Source: a virus | Length of the DNA: 18,533 nucleotides | Virus genome (UHGV): UHGV-2195102 | Strand: one strand, 5' to 3' | In this document: in pieces, positions 1-7,840 of the stretch | How the letters are laid out: each line of letters begins with the position of its first letter | Position numbering within the stretch: position 1 is the stretch's first letter | Notes under the pieces: generated by a model | Told to the model about the DNA's origin: nothing | Seen by the model: only the letters and a program-made list of their open reading frames with translations | The model's database searches: none | Made by a program: the position numbers and the translations under genes

Positions 1-516
1 CCAGCCGTTCGGCGGGTAAAATGCCTGCCAGAACGGGTCATCCCAGCGCAGCACCAGACCATGCAGCGCCAGATGGCTCCTGCGGGTATGGCTGTCGTTG
101 ATGCCGGTATACATCCAGTACGGCCTGTCGTCGACGTTTTCCATCTGTTCCGCCCAACGACCGGCGCTGTAGAGTACGGACATATTGGTGCGAAAGATGG
201 TATCGAGCCGCCACGGACTGCCCTGCTGAATGGTGACCGGCTCACCCGTTACCGGGTCAGTCGTGTCACGTGGTCCCCACCATCCCTTACGCTTCAGCAC
301 CGGCTCCAGCTCCTGCCGGAACCAGCGATCGGTTTTTCCTTCATCGACAGCCTGCTGCAGTGCCCCGCGAATATCTTCCAGGATATCCAGGCGGGTCACT
401 TTAGCAACGGTAAAGGCGCGGGCATGGGCCTCCTGCCACATTTCTTCCCAGTCCCAGGTAATCTGATACCCTTTGGACTTCAGGTAGTTGATTGCCCGCT
501 TCGGGGGAAGCGTCAT
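1..516 (-). CDS. Mu F-like head morphogenesis protein, N-terminal ~172 aa (gene continues past window start)
   Basis: Hand translation of minus strand from ATG 516..514 gives MTLPPKRAINYLKSKGYQITWDWEEMWQEAHARAFTVAKVTRLDILEDIRGALQQAVDEGKTDRWFRQELEPVLKRKGWWGP..., open to position 1. Lies directly downstream of the portal gene as in the Mu late operon. Not in the ORF track because no stop occurs in the window. Confidence 0.65.
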   Translation of the reverse strand, partial: MTLPPKRAINYLKSKGYQITWDWEEMWQEAHARAFTVAKVTRLDILEDIRGALQQAVDEGKTDRWFRQELEPVLKRKGWWGPRDTTDPVTGEPVTIQQGSPWRLDTIFRTNMSVLYSAGRWAEQMENVDDRPYWMYTGINDSHTRRSHLALHGLVLRWDDPFWQAFYPPNGW

Positions 517-529
517 GCAGTACGCCAGT

Positions 530-2026
530 TCAGCCGTTGTCACGCTCATGCAGACGCCCCCAGATATTTGTCACAAAGAGAATGCGGGCCAGCCGCTCCT
601 GCAGATCGTCCGTGTTCATCTGAGGGTAGAGCTCCGCCAGTTCGCCCAGCAGCTCAGACGGGTTAACCCCATTTTCGACCCGCCTGAACAGAGGTGCCAG
701 GACGGGTTCCAGCGTGCCATTTAACGCGCCTCCGTTCATCAGAATGTCCAGCGCGTCGTCAAGCTGCTGCTGAGCCTGAATATCAGCATCAATCGCCTCG
801 GCAAATGACAGCGGCAGCATGTTATTCTGGCGTTCCGACGGTGGTGTCTCGTCAATATCGCCGTCCTGCAGTTGGTACTCACGCCTGAAGTACTGCGGGG
901 TCAGACGCAGACCCGCCCGGGTGAGTTTTTCGTCGCGGGTGGCACGGGTGTCATCAATGGCCTCCTGTTCCCACATGGCCCAGACCGGACACGGCACATC
1001 GCCGAAGTTCAGGGTGACCACCGTTCTGATGACCTGATTCACTGCCGCCTGAATGATGTCCGCATCCGCATCGCGGATATCAGCCGTTACCTCCAGCCCG
1101 GCCTGTGCAGAGGCCTTGTTACTGTTCGCTTCCGTGGTCTGATTCTGACCGAGTAATGCAATGGAGATCTCACTGCGTGACAGTGTGATCAGCTCGCGAA
1201 ATACCTCGCTGCTGTCTGCCTTGCCATCCGCTGCCCTGAGCTCAATACTGCTGTCATCGGGGATGGCGGCCACCGCGTCCTCCACCATCTGCTCCATGGA
1301 GTCCAGCAGTTTTTCAATCTCTGCATCATTTGCGCCCCTCGGGTGCTTACCGATCACCCACGGGGAGCCAAACTTTTCGGCAAAGCGGAGCCAGAATTTC
1401 ATCCCGCCTTTCTTGAAGGCGACCGGCCAGAAGCACATGGACAGGTCCGGGAAACCGTAAGGATTGTCATACGAGGCATCCTGTGCCGGCACCACGAATT
1501 TTGACGGTGACAGCAGCTCACCCTCCACACCCGCATCACGCGCCCGGAAGCGCAGGCAGTTGTCCGTATCAAACTGAAACCACTCAGGCGGTTTGCCGAC
1601 AATATCCGTCACCGCCCACGACCTGACCGAACGGCCCCACATGATTTCACAGGGCTGATACCCGTAGAGCACGGCATCGCTCATTTCACCGATGATGCGG
1701 GACAGATCCAGATCGTCGAGCATGTCGCGGATGAAACGGAAGACCCGGGCAGAGGCGTGACCACGCTCCAGTCCACGCTCCAGCGATTTGAGCGCTGCTT
1801 TACGTCTGCGGATACAGCCCCCGACCAGCGGGTCGGTGCGCAGTTCGCGGTAGATATGGATATCCCGTCCCTGAGCCTTGAGAATGGGATCAGGATTGGG
1901 CAGATACATGCCCAGTCCGTAAAAGTCGATCGCGCGGCTGCGGGAGGCAATCTGCGCGGTCAGTGATTTCTGAGGCTCAGAAAAAGCAACAAATTCATCG
2001 GGTGAAACCCAGATACCCCTCGCCAT
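530..2026 (-). CDS. phage portal protein (Mu gp29-like)
   Basis: 498-aa ORF immediately downstream of the large terminase with a 1-nt TGATG stop/start overlap; size and position match Mu gp29-type portals. Confidence 0.8.
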   Translation of the reverse strand: MARGIWVSPDEFVAFSEPQKSLTAQIASRSRAIDFYGLGMYLPNPDPILKAQGRDIHIYRELRTDPLVGGCIRRRKAALKSLERGLERGHASARVFRFIRDMLDDLDLSRIIGEMSDAVLYGYQPCEIMWGRSVRSWAVTDIVGKPPEWFQFDTDNCLRFRARDAGVEGELLSPSKFVVPAQDASYDNPYGFPDLSMCFWPVAFKKGGMKFWLRFAEKFGSPWVIGKHPRGANDAEIEKLLDSMEQMVEDAVAAIPDDSSIELRAADGKADSSEVFRELITLSRSEISIALLGQNQTTEANSNKASAQAGLEVTADIRDADADIIQAAVNQVIRTVVTLNFGDVPCPVWAMWEQEAIDDTRATRDEKLTRAGLRLTPQYFRREYQLQDGDIDETPPSERQNNMLPLSFAEAIDADIQAQQQLDDALDILMNGGALNGTLEPVLAPLFRRVENGVNPSELLGELAELYPQMNTDDLQERLARILFVTNIWGRLHERDNG

Positions 2027-3621
2027 CAGAATCCCTCCAGCATACGGGCCGCCTGACGACGACGGCGTGAGCTTGCCTTCACCGACCCTTTGTTAATTTC
2101 ACGGCTGGCGAAATACGCCAGCGCCAGTGCGATGGCTGAATCCCCGTGGCGTTTACCACCGTCAGCCTTTGCTTTTGAGCGTTGCTCCGGTACGCGGGGG
2201 ACACCGTTCACCACCTGAACGGCCCGCAGGTCATCCAGTGTGTCTTCATCCTTTGGTAAGTCCACCAGGTTACCGTCTTCCAGTGCAGCTTTGACCGGAG
2301 GCATATGCTCCCGGTACCAGCCTTCGGTTGGCATCACCTGCTGAACCCGGCTGGAGCCGTAGCGCTGCATGGCGTATTCAGCCAGATAGGCACCATTACC
2401 ACGGGCATCAAACGCTGCACCCAGCAGACCGGGCAGGCCATCCATCAGATACCAGGTGATTTGCTCCTGCTGTCTGAACGGCACGTTACGCAGCTCCAGT
2501 ACGAATGGCACGCGTCGTACCAGGTTCTTCTCCTGCAGCAGGGGATAGTCCACCGACAAATCACCGCTACGGCCAAAGTCGCGCCCCAGGAAAGAGCGGG
2601 CATCAGTGGGGAGTGCCTCCAGCAAGGGTTTCAGATACTCATCAAGCCAGTCCTGCGTCTCGCGGAAGCGAACCTCATCAGACAGCAGTTCATAACCTTC
2701 CTTGCAGGTCAGACGCAATACCGGCGTATCAGCGGACATGCGGGACTCTATCAGGGCACGGGACAGCCAGGCACCGCCACCGTTGGCCGGAATACAGTCA
2801 AGCTCTTCGGATACGCCGGCACCGTAGAATTTGTACACCGATGCCATCCAGGCCTGCTCGGATGCCTCCGACCATTCCTTCCCGGTGCGCAGACAGACGC
2901 GCCGGAACAGCCCCTCAGATACGGCTTCCCGGAAAGTGATGCGATGTATGCTGCCTCCCTGACGTCCGGCACGGATATCCCCGATAAGCGTATTGAACGG
3001 ATTGTCGTCACCGTCATGGGTGGAGATAACGCGTACCTTTCCCCCCCAGATAAGCATCGCCAGCGCCGCTTTCAGCAGTTCGTCCAGTTGCTCATGGAAC
3101 GCCGCTTCGTCGATAACAATAATACCCTGACGGCCACGCAGGTTAGACGGGCGGCTGGAGAGCGCAACAATACGAAAGCCGGAGTCAGGAAATTTGATGG
3201 TGTAAGTCTTGATGTGTTTGTCGTCGTCGTCCTCTTCCCAGAATCCTTCTTCAATTTCACTGGCCGCATAGTTGAATGCCCGTGCCCACATCGCACACGC
3301 CTGAATGTATTCGACGGTCATGTCCTGGTTATAAGCGATGTAATACACATTCATCCCGCCTGCTGGCGCAGAAGAGGCGGCGGTCAGTACGTTATCGGAT
3401 GCCTCAGCCCATGTAATACCGGTACGACGGCTCTTTTCTATCACCTTAAGCGGAGAGGTGTCTGCCACCCAGCGCTGCTGGTAAGGCAACAGAACGGGAG
3501 GGGCATCCAGCGCCGAGGTATCAGGCAAAACGGGAGCAAGGTTATTCCTCCCGTCCATGGGACTCATCCCTTCGGGGCCGCCGCCAGCGGCGTTTAAAAT
3601 CACTCCGGATGATTTTGTCAT
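2026..3621 (-). CDS. terminase large subunit (Mu gp28-like)
   Basis: 531-aa ORF between the gp27-like gene and the portal; ATGA overlap with upstream gene at 3618-3621; acidic patches (FWEEDDDDKH) and size typical of Mu-type TerL. Confidence 0.8.
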   Translation of the reverse strand: MTKSSGVILNAAGGGPEGMSPMDGRNNLAPVLPDTSALDAPPVLLPYQQRWVADTSPLKVIEKSRRTGITWAEASDNVLTAASSAPAGGMNVYYIAYNQDMTVEYIQACAMWARAFNYAASEIEEGFWEEDDDDKHIKTYTIKFPDSGFRIVALSSRPSNLRGRQGIIVIDEAAFHEQLDELLKAALAMLIWGGKVRVISTHDGDDNPFNTLIGDIRAGRQGGSIHRITFREAVSEGLFRRVCLRTGKEWSEASEQAWMASVYKFYGAGVSEELDCIPANGGGAWLSRALIESRMSADTPVLRLTCKEGYELLSDEVRFRETQDWLDEYLKPLLEALPTDARSFLGRDFGRSGDLSVDYPLLQEKNLVRRVPFVLELRNVPFRQQEQITWYLMDGLPGLLGAAFDARGNGAYLAEYAMQRYGSSRVQQVMPTEGWYREHMPPVKAALEDGNLVDLPKDEDTLDDLRAVQVVNGVPRVPEQRSKAKADGGKRHGDSAIALALAYFASREINKGSVKASSRRRRQAARMLEGF

Positions 3622-4163
3622 GTGGCAATCCCCAGAATCTCGCGACGAAGCGCCTGTACTGCGTCGCTTGACAGTCCCCCCTTACGGGCAATTTTCTCGG
3701 CGTTGCTGGCTGCCTGCTGCGCTCTGGCCCGTACTTCAGACTGGAACTTTTTGAGGTTGACGGACGCGCGGGACAGCGTAGCCACATTCTTCGCCACCTT
3801 CGACAGCAGGGCCACGCGTTCTTTAGGATCGACTTCGCCTTCTTCCGCCTCCTGCAACTGGACAATACTCTCGAACAGCTCGGTCTGAATAAGGGCTATC
3901 ACAGCCTCCGAACGCGCATCCTGATCGTCTGCTGCGCCTTCGGTCAGCATGCGGGCCGCTTCTGTTGCCGCACGGATAGCACCATAGCGGCGCTCAATCT
4001 TCTGTCCATAGCGATGGATAGCGGATTTGCTGATGACGTACCCCCGCTCACGCAGCAGGGACTCCAGCTCGTTATACCCGCTGAAGCCGGATTCAGTCAG
4101 CGCCCGTTCAAGCCAGCGGCGCACGTCTTCCGGCAGCTTTTCTATTGTGCTGCGTCTGGCCAT
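3618..4163 (-). CDS. Mu gp27-like protein (DUF3486-type, putative small terminase/DNA-binding subunit)
   Basis: 181-aa ORF beginning MARRSTIEKLPEDVRRWLERALTESGFSGYNELESLL..., directly upstream of TerL and translationally coupled to it, as for Mu gp27. Confidence 0.65.
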   Translation of the reverse strand: MARRSTIEKLPEDVRRWLERALTESGFSGYNELESLLRERGYVISKSAIHRYGQKIERRYGAIRAATEAARMLTEGAADDQDARSEAVIALIQTELFESIVQLQEAEEGEVDPKERVALLSKVAKNVATLSRASVNLKKFQSEVRARAQQAASNAEKIARKGGLSSDAVQALRREILGIAT

Positions 4164-4474
4164 TATTCACTCCAGTACTTTTCCGGGCGGGCAATACCCG
4201 GACCACATTCCACGGTGTATTCCACCAGGTCTACGCCGAGGCGGGTCAGGTCAGCAAACCAGTCGCCAGAAGGTTTTTTCTCCAGATCAACCATTTTACG
4301 GTCAGCCAGATAATCCAGTTTGCGGCGCAGTTCCAGCGGTGTGGTGTCCGGGTAGATGGCACGGGACACATCCAGCAGCAGCGTCTCGCTGGCGGTGTAA
4401 GGGCGGGTCTTGTTCAGGGCAACCAGCAGACTCCAGCGCAGGGATTCGCGGCGTACCCGGGTAATATCGACCAT
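4163..4474 (-). CDS. Mu gp26-like conserved hypothetical protein
   Basis: 103-aa ORF in the gp25-gp26-gp27 position of the Mu late operon; start/stop overlaps with both neighbours. Confidence 0.55.
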   Translation of the reverse strand: MVDITRVRRESLRWSLLVALNKTRPYTASETLLLDVSRAIYPDTTPLELRRKLDYLADRKMVDLEKKPSGDWFADLTRLGVDLVEYTVECGPGIARPEKYWSE

Positions 4475-4800
4475 TATTGACCTCCGGTATTGCGGTACTG
4501 CTGTACCACTTCCAGTTTGTTATAAAGCGCGTCCAGTTTGGCCTCAATGACTGTCTGGCCACGGATATAATCCTCTCGACGGACATAATTCAGCGGTAAA
4601 TCCGCTTTAAATCGCATAAATTCTTTTTCCAGCTCGCCCCAGTTGGAGGCGGATTGTTGCAGGGCCTGTTCAAGGGAGGCGAATCGTGCCGCCTGGCGTT
4701 CTTCTGTTTTACTGAACAACCATTTGGCGAGCCCTCCCACAAACCCCATGAAGGTGAGCAGAAAACTCACCACCGTCCAGAATTCAACCTGCAGTGTCAT
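4474..4800 (-). CDS. small membrane protein, Mu gp25-like (DUF2730-type; candidate releasin)
   Basis: 108-aa ORF with N-terminal TM segment (FWTVVSFLLTFMGFVGGLAKWLF) and charged C-terminal domain, immediately after the spanin genes as Mu gp25 is. Confidence 0.55.
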   Translation of the reverse strand: MTLQVEFWTVVSFLLTFMGFVGGLAKWLFSKTEERQAARFASLEQALQQSASNWGELEKEFMRFKADLPLNYVRREDYIRGQTVIEAKLDALYNKLEVVQQYRNTGGQ

Positions 4801-5447
4801 TTCTGTAATCCTTCCCGTTCATCCAGTAACGCGTTTATCTGGTTCCGCCAGCGACGACATTGTCCTGCGTTGTCGATGATGTTGGCGAGAACGTCACGCT
4901 GGGAGACACCCGAATCGCGTAACCGGGTGTCAGTGGTTTCAGGTTGCCCGGTCGCTGTGCCAGAGCGGGTGCCAGCGGCGGCAACTGAGTCTGAATGACC
5001 GGTGTCGACGGATGCGTTGTCATATCCGAGTGCGGCGTTGTACTGACGCACGAAACCGCGAGTAAACACGCACTCAATGGGATGGCTCTTACCTTTTTCA
5101 TCAATCCAGCGCTGTGTGACATCGTTAATTTGCCCCTGTAGTTGTTTATTCCGGCTCTCCAGTTGAGCAATCTGCTCAAGATAACCGGCTTCAGCCCGCT
5201 GCCCGGCGGCCACCTGCTCCTGATACCGTCTGGCCCAGGCCCGCAGCGCAGCATTCTCAAGCGTTGCCTGCTCCGTTTTGTACGCGTCAAATGCTGACTG
5301 CAACTGACTGAGCGCGGTATCACCGTCACGCTTTGCAGAGTCATGACCACTTCTGTATCCCATGGCATACAGGCCGACCAGAAAGGCATTGATAAGAATG
5401 GCCAGCAGAATGCCGCGCCACGGCAGCTTTTTAATCAGATGCCACAC
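4797..5447 (-). CDS. i-spanin (Rz-like inner-membrane spanin component)
   Basis: Likely start is GTG at 5447..5445 preceded by GGAGG 8 nt upstream (the ORF track extends to 5549). N-terminal TM (WRGILLAILINAFLVGLYAMGY) then long coiled-coil-like periplasmic domain (LQSAFDAYKTEQATLENAALRAWARRYQEQ...LESRNKQLQGQ). Overlaps the end of the endolysin gene. Confidence 0.7.
   Translation of the reverse strand: MWHLIKKLPWRGILLAILINAFLVGLYAMGYRSGHDSAKRDGDTALSQLQSAFDAYKTEQATLENAALRAWARRYQEQVAAGQRAEAGYLEQIAQLESRNKQLQGQINDVTQRWIDEKGKSHPIECVFTRGFVRQYNAALGYDNASVDTGHSDSVAAAGTRSGTATGQPETTDTRLRDSGVSQRDVLANIIDNAGQCRRWRNQINALLDEREGLQK
4835..5101 (-). CDS. o-spanin (Rz1-like outer-membrane lipoprotein), embedded in +1 frame of the i-spanin gene
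   Basis: ATG at 5101..5099 confirmed in sequence. Protein MKKVRAIPLSACLLAVSCVSTTPHSD...QLPPLAPALAQRPGNLKPLTPGY... has a signal peptide with lipobox-like Cys (LSAC/AVSC) and is proline-rich, lying wholly inside the i-spanin ORF. Confidence 0.65.
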   Translation of the reverse strand: MKKVRAIPLSACLLAVSCVSTTPHSDMTTHPSTPVIQTQLPPLAPALAQRPGNLKPLTPGYAIRVSPSVTFSPTSSTTQDNVVAGGTR

Positions 5448-6171
5448 AACTGCTGCCTCCCCATGTGAGATATCGCGGTGCCAGTTCGCGCAGGATGCGC
5501 TGCGGATAATGGCGGTTCTCCCGCCAGCTGGCCGCATTGCGTCCGGCATTCACCGTGGCGACATGTCCGAACCAGCGGGTGCTGTCCAGACCTTTCTGTG
5601 ATGCAAGCCGCCTGTCCCGTTGTACCCAGCCCAGACCACCGTTATAGCCCGACAGTGTCATGGCCATACGCTCGCAGTCACTGGCGGCGCTGACACGCTG
5701 CCACAGCCAGCGGTCATAGCTGACCAGCGCCCGGATAGCCCATGCCGGATTAAACGGCTCACGACTGCTCAGCATCGGTATCAACTGGCTTATCCAGTCG
5801 GCAGTGGCAGGCATGAACTGCGCCAGTCCCTGAGCGCCAGCCGGCGAGATCGCATCAGGTCGCCAGCCGCTTTCCTGATGCAGTTGCGCGGCGAAATCGG
5901 CCACCGGCGCAGACAGTCCCCATTCAAGCCGGGCATTACGGATCACATCATCGCGATACTGCAGCGCAGCCTGCGGAGGTTGTGCTGCGCATGCCTGGCT
6001 GAAAAAGCCGCCACACCAGAGCAACATTGCGACAAAGAATACCCATGCCATATGAACCAGAAAGGTCCCGGCGCGGACTGACAGGCGTTCGGTTCTGATG
6101 AAGACCCGAAAGGCTTCGAAAGCCAGTTTCAGGGACATGCATACAATCCAGGTGATCTGCGGCCAGTTCAT
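5431..6171 (-). CDS. endolysin, lytic transglycosylase (SLT domain) with N-terminal membrane anchor (SAR-like)
   Basis: 246-aa ORF containing the SLT catalytic motif LHQESGWRPDAISPAGAQGLAQFMPATA. Hydrophobic N-terminus (MAWVFFVAMLLWCGGFFSQACAAQ). Start is uncertain between ATG 6171 and ATG 6051. Confidence 0.8.
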   Translation of the reverse strand: MNWPQITWIVCMSLKLAFEAFRVFIRTERLSVRAGTFLVHMAWVFFVAMLLWCGGFFSQACAAQPPQAALQYRDDVIRNARLEWGLSAPVADFAAQLHQESGWRPDAISPAGAQGLAQFMPATADWISQLIPMLSSREPFNPAWAIRALVSYDRWLWQRVSAASDCERMAMTLSGYNGGLGWVQRDRRLASQKGLDSTRWFGHVATVNAGRNAASWRENRHYPQRILRELAPRYLTWGGSSCVASD

Positions 6172-6173
6172 GA

Positions 6174-6524
6174 TTAAAGCCCCATCGCAACAGCCAGGCA
6201 GACCGCTGCAACAATCAGTACACGGCGGATTAACGCAGCAGAAAACACCAGGTGAAGGCCGGTCTGTACCGGGAAACGCCCTTCAGCCATCAGCCTGTCG
6301 TCATGTTTCAGGTACTGACCGGGACGGGCTTTGGGGAAGAGCGAACGGTCAAGCCAGTAACCCAGCACTGCTGCCAGCGTGATGAGTGCCAGCTTGTAGA
6401 TCACAACAGGCAGCTGCTGTGGTGAGACCAGAGCGATGGTGCCCAGCAACAGCACTGAGGTCAGCAGCCAGCCGCTGAGGCGAGGTTTTTTAACAGGGGG
6501 AATGAATTTTTTCAGGTTTTTCAT
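6174..6524 (-). CDS. putative holin-like membrane protein (about 3 TM segments), first gene of late operon
   Basis: ATG at 6524..6522 with GAGGA about 8 nt upstream; the ORF track start at 6572 is probably too long. Protein MKNLKKFIPPVKKPRLSGWLLTSVLLLGTIALV... has three hydrophobic helices; sits immediately upstream of the endolysin. Confidence 0.5.
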   Translation of the reverse strand: MKNLKKFIPPVKKPRLSGWLLTSVLLLGTIALVSPQQLPVVIYKLALITLAAVLGYWLDRSLFPKARPGQYLKHDDRLMAEGRFPVQTGLHLVFSAALIRRVLIVAAVCLAVAMGL

Positions 6525-6654
6525 GTGTGTATCCTCGTTTGGTGGAGACAGCATCACAAATACAGGGCGCAAAGGATTTTAAAGCGCGTTAAGAGAGCCG
6601 GGGATACGGGATGTGCAGGATAAACGATGAATTATTCACAGAGGAGAATACGAT

Positions 6655-7131
6655 ATGACGCACACACTGAATCCGGTCATCACTGTCACTGTGTCCGGTC
6701 CTGTGGGCAGCGGTAAAAGTTACGTACTGGCGCGGATAGAAGAGATGGTGAAACAGGAACTCGGAAACAGCGTCATTGTCGATGCTGCTGACGTGGAGAA
6801 TGAGCGCCGTATGAATGGCGAAGATCTGACGACCTGGCAGAAGCCACGGGGTGGCACAGTGATCAGGCTAGAGGAATACACGGGACAGGGCCTGTTGTCA
6901 TACGGCGAGGAGCGTATCTGTCGGACGAATGAGCTGCTGGATGTTATATGCCCCACGGGCCGGCAACCCTGGATACTGCCCGATGCACTGCATGCCACCA
7001 TTGCGGCACTGATGACAGTTTACGATCAGGAGCTGCTCATGAAGGAGTTACGTAAACTCACCGGTCAGCCAACAGAATGTTGTTCGTCTCCGAAGTACGG
7101 CAAACAGGAAAACGCCCCGGATAATCCTTAA
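6655..7131 (+). CDS. small P-loop NTPase-like protein (158 aa), accessory gene of unknown function
   Basis: Strong RBS GAGGAG 6640-6645 before ATG 6655. Walker A motif VSGPVGSGKSY near the N-terminus, followed by hydrophobic-Asp stretch VIVDAADVE. Opposite strand to the late operon. Confidence 0.6.
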   Translation: MTHTLNPVITVTVSGPVGSGKSYVLARIEEMVKQELGNSVIVDAADVENERRMNGEDLTTWQKPRGGTVIRLEEYTGQGLLSYGEERICRTNELLDVICPTGRQPWILPDALHATIAALMTVYDQELLMKELRKLTGQPTECCSSPKYGKQENAPDNP

Positions 7132-7150
7132 GATACCTCCTGAACAGAAA

Positions 7151-7166
7151 CAGCCCTGAAGGGCTG
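7151..7166 (-). terminator. GC-rich hairpin CAGCCC-TGAA-GGGCTG between convergent genes; likely intrinsic terminator for the minus-strand cassette
   Basis: Perfect 6-bp stem with 4-nt loop at 7151-7166, 3 nt past the TAG stop (7169-7171) of the 196-aa ORF. On the minus strand it is followed by TTTCTGTT; on the plus strand it is followed by an A-run, so termination for the P-loop gene is less clear. Confidence 0.45.
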
Positions 7167-7168
7167 CA

Positions 7169-7756
7169 CTAAAAAAAGAAGTGTATTATTGCCCAAACAG
7201 CTATAACGATGATTCCCAGCCCAAGAGCCGATTCTAACTTATCTTTGGCAGTCATTTTTACTGTTGTAGCGGGCGCAGGTAAGTCTTGCTGCTGTGGATT
7301 TTCTGTTAGTTGTTTACGAGAAGAAACATCGCCCCTATTAGTTTGCTTCATGTTGATTACAGATGCGTTATGGGCATTATCAGCAGCAATTGACTGAAGT
7401 TTTACAAAAGTTTTTGAATCTGTTTTAGCCAGAAGTAACCTATTTCCCGTAAACATTGCCTTAAAAGTGATAGTTTTTTTCGTCTTGTCCGCCGCACCAA
7501 GCAAACCTCCAATGACCAACCCTGCACCACCAAAGATTAATCCACCAAGCAAACCTGCGCCTGCCGCCTTACCTATACGACTTTCCTCTTCACTATCCGC
7601 AAGTTCAATCGATAAAAGCTCTTCTTTCAGATTTAATACAATATTTTCAGGAAAGCCTTGTTTTGGTTTTTTGGCAAACACGATGGTACCGAACCCCATG
7701 CTTGCCCACCCTTTAGGAAAACTTCCTGCGATAACCTGAATCCCTGCCATGTTCAT
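7169..7756 (-). CDS. glycine-zipper membrane protein (about 195 aa), unknown function
   Basis: Start region reads GTG-ATG-AAC-ATG; AGGTGA lies upstream of the ATGs at 7756 and 7750. Central GxxxG-rich segment GAGLLGGLIFGGAGLVIGGLLGA and C-terminal hydrophobic tail LGLGIIVIAVWAIIHFFF. Noticeably AT-rich compared with flanking phage genes. Confidence 0.6.
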   Translation of the reverse strand: MNMAGIQVIAGSFPKGWASMGFGTIVFAKKPKQGFPENIVLNLKEELLSIELADSEEESRIGKAAGAGLLGGLIFGGAGLVIGGLLGAADKTKKTITFKAMFTGNRLLLAKTDSKTFVKLQSIAADNAHNASVINMKQTNRGDVSSRKQLTENPQQQDLPAPATTVKMTAKDKLESALGLGIIVIAVWAIIHFFF

Positions 7757-7840
7757 CACCTTTTACATTAAAATTTCAGAACGCAGCATGATGCCGCCTT
7801 TGTCTTTTTTCTGATCCCATGGTAATTCAGCTGTTATTTT

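Noticed and set aside
61-666. 201-aa plus-strand ORF at the window start
   Set aside because: Antisense to the F-like and portal coding sequence; the minus-strand reading gives a coherent phage protein, whereas this translation is Arg/Pro-rich and implausible.
2305-3597. 430-aa plus-strand ORF
   Set aside because: Antisense to the large terminase gene; Arg/Gly/Pro-rich low-complexity translation with no RBS context. Typical shadow ORF in GC-rich coding DNA.
4835-5389. Full 184-aa track ORF in the +1 frame of the i-spanin
   Set aside because: Only the distal part, from ATG 5101 (MKKVRAIPLSAC...), has lipoprotein-signal character; the upstream 96 codons are taken as non-coding frame extension.
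6573-6654. Late (Mor/C-dependent) promoter upstream of the holin-like gene, and promoter for the P-loop gene
   Set aside because: The region must contain divergent promoters, but no convincing -35/-10 or activator site could be assigned by eye; left unannotated.
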